A stretch of 63,969 bases of DNA, filler included, from Chrysochromulina tobinii (lineage: Eukaryota): the NCBI GenBank assembly GCA_001275005.1. It is 11 parts of 11 records of this genome, joined end to end, with 100 filler letters (N's around TTAATTAATTAA, not from the genome) between each part and the next. Parts side by side here need not be neighbours in the genome. Positions count along the whole stretch, not along the records: positions 21,251 to 36,395 come from JWZX01000528.1; 10 more parts are not named here. One strand, 5' to 3'. Of this stretch, positions 21,460 through 33,400 are shown in pieces (position 1 is the first letter of the stretch; every line of letters begins with the position of its first letter). The notes under the pieces are model-generated. The model made no database searches. It saw nothing but the letters and a program-made list of their open reading frames with translations, and was not told the DNA's origin. A program made the position numbers and the translations under genes.

Positions 21460-24400
21460 ATGGCGGACTGGCTCAGAGGCGTCGTCGCCGACAAGGTGCT
21501 TCACAAAGTCCTCGGCAAATTCGTCTCCGGCATCGACAAGGACGCTCTCGACCTGGACCTGGGCATGGGAGACATCGCGCTGCACTCTCTGGCGCTCAAT
21601 CTTGAGACGTTTGAGGCGCTCGACCTGCCCTTCCATGTCGCGGGCGGTACGCTCGGCCAGGTGCGGGTCAAGGTGCCGTGGAGAAACATCACCAACGAGC
21701 CCACGAAGATTGTCATCGACCGTGTCTACTTGCTGCTTTCGCCCAAGGACGCGAGCCCGGTCTCGGCAGACGCTCGCGAGGCGGCGGCGGCGGCGGCGAA
21801 GCGCGAGTTTCTTGAGGGGTGGGAGGCGCAGCAGGAGCGCAAGAGGGAGCAAAAGCAAGGCTTCGGCGCTTACGTGGGCGAGCAGGTCGAAAAGCTCGTT
21901 CGCAGCATCCTGCAGAAGCTGCAGGTCTCGATTACGAACGTCCACGTGCGCATACAGCAGGGCGTGGGCGCTGGAGGGGTGGCCGCGGGAGTTTCCGTAC
22001 GCTCGATCCAAGTGACCGACATGGCGCTCGCCGACGCAGGCAGCGCGCGCCATAGTAGCGACACGCACCTGGCCAGCATGCTCGCCCAACTGGTGCGCAA
22101 GTCGGTCCGTATCGAAGGTCTCGCAGTCTACCTCTCGGGCAGCGCATCGGGCGGCGCATCGGGCGGCGCGTCGGGCGGCGCGACGGGCGGCGCGTCGCAC
22201 ACAGACCGCGCGGCGTGGGAGCGGCTGATGGTGCCCATGCTCGAGGCGAGGACCACGCTCCCAGATCACATCTTGCCGCCGCTCGACGTGAAGCTCGAGG
22301 TGGAGTTCAACCAAGCTGATGACCTCTGATGACCTCTGATGACCTCTGATGACCTCTGATGACCTCTGATGACCTCTGATGACCTCTGATGACCTCTGAT
22401 GGCCTCCCTCATCAGGTGGAGTTCGACCCAGCGGGTTCGCTCGACCCGGTGCGTCGTCCATGGCCGAAGCTCGCGCTGCGGGTGGAGGTCGAGGGCACGC
22501 TGGCGGTGCGCATGCGACGTGCGCAGCTTGGCTGGCTGCTCGAGCTCGTCGAGACCATCGCGCGCATGGAGCGTCGCCATCGCTTCCTCCGCTGCAGACG
22601 ACCAGTGGTGCCGCCGCGAGCGAGCAATGCGGCGGCGTGGTGGGCGTACGCGGTGCGCGCGGTCATCTCGAAACGCTCTGATGACCTCTGATGACCTCTG
22701 ATGACCTCTGATGACCTGTGATGACCTCTGATGACCTCTGATGACCTCTGATGACCTCTGATGACCTCTGATGACCTCTGATGACCTCCGATGGCCTCCC
22801 TCATCAGGTGCGCGCGGTCATCTCGAATGCTCGTGAGGATAGCACCGCGGTCACCTGGTATGAGCTGACGCGCCGTCGTGAGCAGCGCCTCGCGTACGTG
22901 CGCGCGTACGGCGCCTACTGGCAAAAGGGCTCCGGCGGCGGCCGGGCGGCGGCGCTCGAGGCGCTCGAGTCCAAGATGAGCCTCGAGCTATGCATGCGCT
23001 ACCGCGAGCTCACGCGGGTCGTGGGGGCGAGCTTGCCTGGGCGCTGGTGGGAGGCGCCGTCGTGGGCGCGAGCGGGCGCCGAGGAGGCGTCGTCGTGGGC
23101 GCTCTTGCTCCCGCCGCTCACGGTGGCCAGTGGCGCGGGTGCGGGCGCGCCACCACCGGAGAAGAAGGGCGGCTTTGACTGGTTCGGACTGTTCAAGCCG
23201 ATTGAGGACGAGGAGGGTGCGGATGGCGGTGGCGCGCGCGGCGCGGGGGCAGCTCAGGGAACTCTGAGCAGCGCCGCCGCTTCGAGCGTTGCTTCGAGCG
23301 GCGCCACTGGCGGCGGCTCGGCGAGATACAATCTCGGAGATGGCGGCGGCTCGGCGGCCCTTGACGACGCGTTGCGCCGTCAGGTGCGCGCGCGCTATAG
23401 CCTGGGCGAGCGCGCTGAGCTGCCCGAGACGGCGCTCCAGAAGCTGCTCGATGAGATCATCGAGGGCGAAGCGCTGGCAGTGGCCGACCTCGATGGGAAG
23501 CCTCTCGCCGCCTTTGCAGACTATGTCCAGACCGAGGTGGCGGCGAGCCTCGGCGCCCTCTCGGCGACGCTGCTCGCGAGCTCCACGAGTGTGCTCGCGG
23601 TGGCCGAGATTGTATCTCCGAAGGTGAGCCTCAAGCAGCGCACTTACCGCAAGGGGCTCGGGCTGCAGGCGCGCGTGGGCGCATTACGGCTCATCGACCG
23701 GCTCACGCCCTGTGCGCCGCTAGCGTGCGCGCTCACGGGCGAGCGGCGCGGAGGCCAAGACTGGCTGGTCTTGAGCCTCGACACGGAGCCTCTGCATTCG
23801 GATGCAGCGATGCACTTACAGGTGGCCATGCAACCGCTGATTACGTCCCTCATCACGTGTGCTCCAGCATGCAACCGCCGCATGCAAGTGCTCACCCCGG
23901 CGCCCTCCTCCCCACAGGTGGCCATGCAACCGCTGCATGCGACCCTCAACCCGCGACTGCTCGCCGCGTGCGGTGCGTGGTTCCAGGTGCCCCCCTCCCA
24001 GTGGTCCGCCGCCATCGAGCTCGAAAAGGTGACGCGCGGCCTGCTGGTCAATCTCGTGGGCGCGATACGGGAGATTGCCATGCGCACCTGGCGCAATCGG
24101 CCGGTGCACCTGGGCGTGTTCATCAGCACGCTGACCGTCTTCTGGGTACAGCCGCCCCCTCTTCGAGCCGATGCGAGCCCTTCTTCTCTGACGAAGTTGA
24201 CGAGGCCGACGAGGCCGACGAAGCCGCGGTCGGACGCGCTCGCGCTGCATGGGCTGGAATTGCACTGCGAGGGCATCTTGCTCTCTTCGGAGGAGGCGGT
24301 TCGGTCCGACGCGGACACCGTGCCGAAGAGATGGAACGACGACGCCGATGCCGGCCTTGTGGGGGGGGCGGCTCCCGTCCACTCGGAACAGGCGTTTGGC

Positions 24401-27400
24401 CTCTCGCTAAGTGGGCTGCGCCTGAGCTTGCTCCCGGCGGCGCAATGCGTGGCATGGCTGGCGGACCCGGTCGGCGCGGTGGCGTGCGCGACGCCGCTGA
24501 CTCATCCGCTCAATGCACAGCTCACGCTGGCGGTGCTGCTCCAACCTATGGGCGTGGAGGTGCCGTGGGTTCGTGCGCAACTCGCGATCGATCCGGTGCG
24601 GTTGCGAGTGCACGAGGGGTCCCTCGCCGCTCTGACGACGCTCGCGGTGGGCAGCGGCCAAGCCCTTGATCCTGCTGGCGAGGGCGGTATGATGTTGCCG
24701 GGCTCTGAGGACGAGACGCCCAACGCGCGCGCGGATGAGCGCGGGCTGGGCGCCGTCGGGGAGACGCCCATGGGTTGGTTCTCAATCCAGCGTAGCCAGG
24801 AGGTGCAGGGGCGCGTGGATGCGCAGCTGCTGGGCGACTGCCACGTGTCACTCGAGCTCGGCTACCTCGTGTACGAGATGCAGCAGCGCGAAGGCGAGAG
24901 CTCGATCGCGAAGATCAAGCTCAAGGACTATGAGGTGCGGGGTGGGCCGACGCCCGAGTCCTTCCAACTCTGCTCGACTTTCCAAGCCTTAGGGGTGTTC
25001 AGCTGCGAGACGTACACGCTGGTGGCCGAGTCGCGCTCGCTCTCGACGCGCTTCCAGTCGGCGTGCGCTGCGATGCAAGCTCTCTCGCGGGCCGAGGCGC
25101 CGGTCGTGAAGAAGAAGAAGAAGAAGAAGCCCCGCGCCGCCGATGCTCTCGGCTTCATGGCCGCGGAGCGCCAGAACCGGCTTGTGCTCGACGCGCGTAT
25201 CGGCGGCTTGTTTGTCGAGCTGCTGCCCGACAGCGTGGGCGGTGGCGCGGCGCGCTCGAGCTCGGCAGCGCTCGTCTCGTGTGCGCTTCGTGAGCTGCGC
25301 GCGCACCTCGTGCTTCGGAAGCGCGATGTGCGCTGCGCTGTGCAACTAGAGTCTGCGGACTTGCAGATCGCCGTGCGCGAGCCTCAGCTCGTCTCGACGC
25401 CAGCACACCGGCCTCCGACCTCGATCCTCGTGCCACTCATCTACATCGTGCCCTCGGCGGCGGCGGTGGCAGCGCAGAGGCGAGGTGACGCCGGCATGGA
25501 GGGCGTGCTGATGTCCTCTGATGTCCTCCGATGTCCTCTGATATCCTTTGTTGCCCTCTTGAGTGCCTCCATCATCAGGCGACACCGACGCCGAAGGCGC
25601 GGTCCAGCTCGACCTACTGCTTGCGACCGAGGGCTCGCCAGAGTACCCGTCGGTGGCCGCGCAGCTCAAGCTCACGGCTCAGCTCGGAGGGTTGCGAGTG
25701 CACCTGGCGGCCGACTCGCTCTCGGCTGTAGGCGAGCTGATCGTGCGAAGCCGAGGGCTCATCGACCGGGCAGCGGCGGCGGTGGCGCGCTCGGCCGAGT
25801 CGCCGCGCACGCCCAAGCCCGCGCCCTCGGTGGCCGCGGCGCTGGGCGCCGCGTCGGGTGCTTCGACCGAGCCGCGGGCGTCGGCTCCAGCTGTGGCCTC
25901 TGGGCTCTTGGACGAGAAGCCGTTGAGGAGCCGGGACGACGCCCGGGACGACGCCTCGCTCGCAGCGCCCGCAGCGGCGGACGCCCGGGACGACGCCTCC
26001 GCCGCGGCCCACGCTGCGAGCGCCGTGGCGAGCGCCAAGCCCGTCCTGGCGATCGAGGCCTACGTAGGGTACTTGTACGTGGTGCTCCATGAAGAGCCCC
26101 CAGCGCACATTGCGGGGCTTGGGCCGATGGGCGCCGCGTTGGGCGCCGCCGTCGCCGGCCTGGCTGACCTGAAGCTCGAGCGGCTCGAAGCGACGCTGCT
26201 GCTCGAGCTCGACACGATGCAGATCGACGCGCACGTGCATGGCCTCGGGCTGACGGTGCGCGATGGCCTGGGTAAGGCGCCGCTGGTGGTGATCAGCACG
26301 CTGCATAAAGGCGTCCGGGCCGCCGGCGAGGCTGCCAATCCGTCGCCGCCGCCCCGAGAGGTGAGTCTCACCTTGGCCTCGCTCGCCGACCTCTCGGATA
26401 CCGCCGAGCACCGTGACGGGCGCTGTGCCGAGCACCGACTGGACCGCATGGCGAGCGCCGTGTCGAGCGCCTCCTCACGGCAAGGGAGCGAGCTCGCGGC
26501 GAGATCGACGCGCTCGCTGCAGCGCCAAGAGAGCATCGCCAGTGCGCAGAGCGAGGTGGGCGCGGACGTGCCGACAGTCACCTTCTCCCTCGCGGGGGTG
26601 GCGCCCGGTGATGAGCCAGTCGATGATGCGTACGGATATGAGGACGGGGGGGCGGAGGACGTGGAGGAGCTCTCTCTCCTTGAGAACGTTGGCGAAGCTT
26701 CGGAGCTGCGCGGAGATGCGTCCGAGCTGCGCGGAGATGCGTCCGAGCTGCGCGGAGATGCGTCCAAGCACAAGCTGCTCACGTTTGCGATGAGCCTGTG
26801 GGACGAGAAGAGCGAGCGCCATCCCGGGTACGACTCGGAGATCTCGCTCGAGCTCGCGCCTGATTGCCTCCCTCATTGCATGCTGATTGCCTCCCTCATC
26901 AGGTACGACTCGGAGATCTCGCTCGAGCTCGCGCCCACGCGTATCTTTGGTCCGTTGCCCGTGGTGCGCCGGCTGCAACTCTGCTTCATGAAGGTCCTCG
27001 ACGCATTGACCAAAGGGCTCCTTGACAGGCTCGGTGAGCAGGCGGCGGTGGCCGCATCGGCGCTGGCGGCCGAGGGGTTGCGTCAGGTGGCCGCGGAGCA
27101 AAAGGGGTCCGGCGCCAAGCTCCGCATCATGGCGCACGGCCCACTCATCATCCTGCCGTCGGCGACGGTGCCCGGCACAGCGCTCGTCGTGCGAATGGCC
27201 GACATCCTCTTCACGAACGCCTCCGACGGCGCGGTCCACCTCGAGCGCGCCCGCGCCGCCTCGGCCTCGGGCCTCGGGCCTCGGGCCTCGGGCCGGCCAG
27301 CAGCGGCCTTCGAGCGGCTGCGCGTCTCCCTCGAGAAGACGTCCATCTTCGTCGCGTCGTCGTTGAGCGATCTCGAGCGCCATCTCGACGAGGAGATCGC

Positions 27401-30400
27401 GCTGGAGGCGAGCGGCCCGCAGCCGCACTGGCTCGTGCACGACCTCAAAGTGACTCTCCTGCTCGAGAAGCAAATGATCGGCGGCGGCGGCGACGACGGC
27501 GCAGCCAGCGGCGCGGCGCAGGGAGCCGAGCCGTTGGTTGAGCTCACCCTCGGGCTCGAGCTCTCGGAGATACAAATCTCGATTGCGACCTCGGAGTGCG
27601 CCTTCGCCTCGCTCCTGGCACAAGAGGCCATGGCCGTCTTCGTGGACGCAGAGCCCCACACCGACGAAACCGACAGGGCCGACCAGCTCGAGCGCGCCTC
27701 GACCCATATTAGGAACGATCCGCTCGGGACGGCGCCGACGAGCGAGGCGGCGGGAGGTGGCGGTGCCCGGGACGGCGCGACCGAAGCGGAGCAGCTCGAC
27801 GACGACGACGACGACGCGGAGGCAGGGAGCGCGGCGGTCGGTGGGAAGCCGAGTGGCCGTTACGTCGGCAGCCGCAGCGGGCCGAGGGCGCCCACGACGG
27901 CGCCCCCGAGCACCGATCCGAGCTTGGGGGTCACGAAGATGGTCTTCAACGGCAAGATCGAGTGCGCTGGTGGTGTGCAGCTGGAGCTGATCGACGACTC
28001 GCAGGGCAGCTTGATGCCCATCCTCGAGCTCGGAGTCGATGAGGTCGCGGGCAGCTGGACGCTCGTCAACGACATGGTCAACGGCGAGGTGGTCGCGCTC
28101 AAGGACGCCATCGTGCAACTCACGTTCGGAGCTCACGCCTCCCTGCTCAATACGAGCCACGGTGAGTGGGAACCTCTGATGGCCTCTGATTGCCTCCCTC
28201 ATTGCATGCAAGTGAGTCTGCTCAACACGAGCCACGGTGAGTGGGAACCTCTGATGGCCTCTGATGGCCTCTGATGGCCTCTGATGGCCGCTGATGGCCT
28301 CTGATGGCCTCTGATGGCCTCTGATGGGCCTCTGATGGGCCTCTGATGGGCCTCTGATGGGCCTCTGATGGGCCTCTGATGGCCTCCCTCATTGCGGGCA
28401 GGAGAGTGGGAGCCCGTCCTAGAGCCTTGGCACATCGGGCTCCAGGTCAGCAAGCTGCAGGCAGTGGCCGAGGAGCTCGACGAGGAGGCGGCGCTCGCGA
28501 CGGCGCCTGCGCCTAATAAGGGTGCCTCGGGCAAGCCGCCCACGACGGCGCCGGTACGTTCCGCCCCGAAAGTGCTCGACGAGTTCCATATTAGGATCGG
28601 CTCTAAGGAGTCGTTGGAGCTCAACTTGTCACCCGCGTTCATGAGCTCCGCGCATGCACTGCTACATGTCGTCACGGTCGCGTTGGAGGCGACGAGTGCG
28701 CAGAGCGAGGCAGCACTCCTCGCACTTCGTCGCTCGATGGGCACCGTCACGGCCAACAGCGTCGCCGTGCGCAACTGCACCGAGCTACCGATGGCCATCG
28801 CCATGTCGTCACGGGCCTTCGAGGCGCCGCGCGCCATCGCACCGGGCGCTGAGGTGACCCTGGTCGACGAAGGGGTGCCGGCGTACGAGGCCTTTAGTCA
28901 GCGCTCAAGCCTGTTCGCCGAGACGACCGAGAATCTCGACTTTGTGTACGCGGCGCTGCCCTTGATTACCATTGATTACCATTGATTACCATTGATTACC
29001 ATTGATTACCATTGATTACCATTGATTACCATTGATTACCATTAATTACCATGGATTGCCTCGACTTTGTGTACGCGGCGCGCCACAATCAACTGGAGCC
29101 CTTCATCGAGCATGCAAGTGCTCACCACGGCGCCCTCTCCCCACAGGTACGCGGCGCGCTACAATCAACTGGAGCTCTTCATCGAGCTGCTCGAACGCCA
29201 TGCAAACCTGAACTCGTACGACGCCAAGCGGCGCACCGCGTTGCACGCGGCGGTCAAGCACCGTCATCATACGATCGTGCGATTGCTGCTGCGCGCCGGC
29301 GCGTCGGTCAACGTGCCAACGCTCGATGGCGCGATGACGACGCCGCTCCACCTTGCCGCCATGTCGGGCAACCTGGAGATGGCGCGATTGCTGCTCGAGG
29401 CACACGCAGACCCCGCCCTCACCAACTCGGATGGCGAGAACACGGCGGGCGTGGCGGCAGGACACGTCGAGGTCCAACGGCTCCTGTACGCGCCGCCGCC
29501 CGCGCTTCGTCAGGGAGCTGCATGCGAGTGCTCACCACGGCGCCCTGTCTGTCACCGCCGCCGCCCGCGCTTCGTCAGGGAGCTGCATGCGAGTGCTCAC
29601 CACGGCGCCCTCTCTCCTCCCCACAGGTACATGCATCTCGCCGATGAGGCCAAGGGCTCGGGAGTCCGATTTCCGTCTGCGGCGCTCGTCGTGGCGGCGG
29701 CGCGCGGCGACCTTGCCACCGCCCAACGGCTACTTCGCGTGCGTCTGATTGCGTCTGATTGCGTCTGAGTGCGTCTGATTGCCACCGCCCAACGGCTGCT
29801 TCGCGTGCGTGTGATTGCGTCTGAGTGCGCCTGAGTGCGTCTGATTGCGTCTGATTGCGATGCATGCAGGTGCGCGCCGAGCCAAACTCGTCTGATTGCG
29901 TCTGATTGCGTCTGATTGCGATGCATGCAGGTGCGCGCCGAGCCAAACTCGACCGATGGCTCGCATACGGCGCTCTGCCGCGCGTGTGAGAACCAGAGGT
30001 ACGAGCTCGTCACGATCCTTCTCGAGCACGGCGCTCGGGCCAGCGACATCGCGCCGAGCGGCACCACCGCGCTGCACTGCGCGGCCCGCGCGGGCCCCAA
30101 GCGGCTCGTCACGCATCTCATCGAGGCGAAGGCAGACCCGTTGCGCGCGCACACGGCCGAGGGCACCCTGCCCGTCGAGATGGTCAATTGGCGACTGGGC
30201 GTCGGCACGAGCGAAGCGACGGCGGTGCACGAGGTGCTGTGCAGCGCGTCCCTCAGCAAGGCCGAGTGCTCGGGGTTTCTGACGAAGCTGGGCGGCGAGC
30301 GGCTGAGCTGGAAGCGGCGCTTCTGCATCGTGCCGACGGCCAAGTCTGACGAACTCCAGCTGCGCTACTTCGCGGACGAGAAGCTCACTAGCCTGTACGG

Positions 30401-33400
30401 CGCCATCGACCTGCGCCAACTGCTGCCGAGCGCGATCCGAACGCCCTCGCATAGCGAGATGGTCGCGCGTGGGCAGCCGGCGGACGTGCCGCGCTCGTTT
30501 GACATCATCGCCTCTGGGCGCGTGTACGTCTTCAAGGCGGACTCGAAGGCCATGTGCGACCATTGGGTGGCGCGACTCCAGATCCTCTTGGGCCACGCCG
30601 CGGCTGTGGCGTTCGATGCGATGTCGGTGGTGAGCGAAGCGTCGACGCCGTCGCGAGCCCCTGGGCGCCGTCCCGAGCCCTTCGACTCCGTCTCCAGCGC
30701 CGTGTCGAGCGCCTCGCTGCGGAGCCACGCCGCGAGCGCGGCCGCGAGCGCGAGCGGTGGCGCCGCGCCGAGCGCGAGCTTCACACGCCAAGGAGGGATC
30801 AAGGAGGGCGGCCGCTCCTTGATGAGGAAGATCATGAACCGCGTGACCGACACCGAGCCCGTGCACGAGGGGCAGCACACCTCGCACGGCGTGACGGCCG
30901 TTGGATCGGACGAGGTGGAAGCGGCGGACGCGGACGAGGGGGCGCACTCGACGTCACTCACCCTCTTCGTGGGCGAGGCCGCAGCGCAGGCCACTTCTGA
31001 GGACGCTCAAGCTTCTGTCGGGCAGGCGGCTGGCGAGGTGGGCCTCCTCTGCTTCGACCGCACTGCAGCCCCTGCCTTGCATGCATGTGCTCACCACGGC
31101 GCCCCGTCCCTTCCCCACAGGCGGGCCTACTCTGCTTCGAACCTTTGGAGGGGCTACGCGTCCACGCACTGCACACGTCGCTGCACCTGCTCCAGCCCAT
31201 CGCGACCACCAAGATGAAGCGCGGCGCCAAGCGTGGCTCAGCGCTGGGGGTCGTCGTCGAAGTCGCGCTGCTCAATGGCGTGCGCACTATGTCCATTCGA
31301 TCGGCAGTCAGCCTGCTCAATGGCACCGAGGTGCCAGTCGAGATGGCGGCGCGCGCGCGACGCTCGCCCAGCATGCAAGTGCTCACCACGGCGCCCCACC
31401 CTTCCCCTTTTCCACAGGTGCCAGTCGAGATGTCGGCGCCGCAGCCGCAGTCGGCCGCGCTCGCCGAGCTGTCGACGTATTGCGTCGCCCCGAACTGCGC
31501 GCAGGCCGTGCCGCTGCTCTTGACGAGCCGCGGCGCGGAGGCAGCGATCTGGTCGATCCGACTGCGCCCTATGCCGGGAGGTCCAGGCGCGACTGAGGTG
31601 CACTGCCGCCACGCTGCCCCCAAGGATGCTGAGCATGCAAGTGCTCACCACGGCGCCTTGCTCCCTGGTCCACAGGTGCATGCCGCCACGCTGCTCCCGC
31701 CCACGCTCTTCTCGCGCGACATGTCGGTCACCTCCGTCGACGACGCATTGCTCGTGTGTCCGCCCATCGAGCGCACCGGCTCGCCCTGGGCGGCGTGCGT
31801 CGTCATCGGGTACGAGTACGAGAGTGTCGGCACGCACCGCGCAGATGCGCCGGGGGCGCGCAAGGGCGCAGGGGGGGGGCGTGTTCAAAAAGGGCAAGGC
31901 GGGCAGCGCCGGCTCACGCGGGCGCGGCGCCGACGGCCGGCTCCGGCAGCAGAGCGTCGAGATTGTGCGCAGATTCCGACTTCCCGCCACCGAGCTGCTG
32001 CTGCACCAATGGAGCTGTGTCGTGCCGATCGTCGGTGGCTCACAGCGCGGCAAGCTGTGCCTCACCACGCACTTCTTCTGCTGGTATACGCTGCACGGAG
32101 TGCACCACGACGGCGTGCTGCTGGCGAGCAAGGTGGCTCGGGTGGCCGCGCAGTCGGGAGTGCTCAACGGCTCGGATGGGCTCGAGTTGCATCTCGGCCA
32201 TCTCGGGGTCCGACTTGCCTTTTCGGGCTTTGAGTACCGCGACGAGTCGTTACGTCAGATCCAGGCCTGGCATGCCAGGACGCGTGAGGACCTGAGCACG
32301 GAGGGTGCAGCCGCGTGGCTCCCGCACTCGCTGCGCCTCGTGCCGCCGATGAGCGTCTCCAATCTGCTGCCGTGCGCCCTCCGGCTGACGATCCGCGCAC
32401 TGCCGTTGAGCTCGGCGAAGGCGAACGAGCTCGGGTGGCCCGTCCTCCCGAGCGTGATGTACGGCGATGCGAGCGCCGTACCGGGCGCGCCCGGGGGGCC
32501 GCCACCGGTTGAGATGCGACTCGAGCCGGGCAAGAGTGCGTGCTCGCACGACGTGTGCGTGCTCGGGCCGATTGAGATTGCCATCGAGATCGGCGCCGCT
32601 GACGAGACATGCAGCGGCGTGCTGCAGCTCGCCCGGCCTCACGACCGTCTCAAGGAGAGCCACATCGTGACACTCAGCTCGAGCAAGCCGCGGCCCGCGG
32701 GCGGCCAGACGCTGCGGCTGCAGTGCCGGCTCAAGCCAACCTCACGCGCGGGCAGCGTCGAGCTCGCCGTGTACACGCTCCATGCCATCCTGAACCGCTC
32801 GTCGCTGCCGTTGCGCCTGTACGACACGGCGCTCCGTGCGGACCCTTTGCCCGTCGTCGAGGCGCCCGCGATGGCGCTCGAAGGGATCCCATTCTCGCTC
32901 GAGGAGGGGCGGGTGCTCGAGACGGCGCTGGCGGCGGCGCGCGGCCGCTCGGGCGGCTCGTGCCGCATCGGGGTGGGATCGGACACGGATGTGATCACCG
33001 GTATGGTCGACTACACAGAGCGCATCTCTGATGGACGGCTGAGCAAGGCCTTCTCGATCAGCGTGACGGGCAACGAAGGCGAGCTCGAGGTGAGCACGGG
33101 AAAAGGTCAGCGCGCGGAGCTCGTCGTGTCGGTCAATGCGGCCAAGGGCGCCGCCGCCGCTCTGGGCACTTGTGTGGTGGAGGTGCACGATCGGTTCATG
33201 ATCCATAACCGGACGCTGCAGCACATCGAGCTGATGCAGTGGGCGGGCGACGCATCGAGCACGGCCGCGGAGATCAAGCAGGCGATCACCGGCGCGGCGC
33301 GCGAAGCACGCGAAGCGATGCGGGAGAAGCTCGGCTTCGTCAAGAGCGACAGCCAAGCTTCGGCCGCGAGCGTCTACGAGCTGCCGCCCGGTGGGCAAGC

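Noticed and set aside
22316..22400. Decamer arrays as telomeric repeats or coding repeats ([14 protein letters not shown] ORFs)
   Set aside because: They are intragenic, bounded by GT..AG, vary between loci and contain sense-strand stops; the antisense ORFs are by-products.
31871..31879. Programmed frameshift in VPS13
   Set aside because: Removing one G from the G9 run restores the frame, typical of a homopolymer error.
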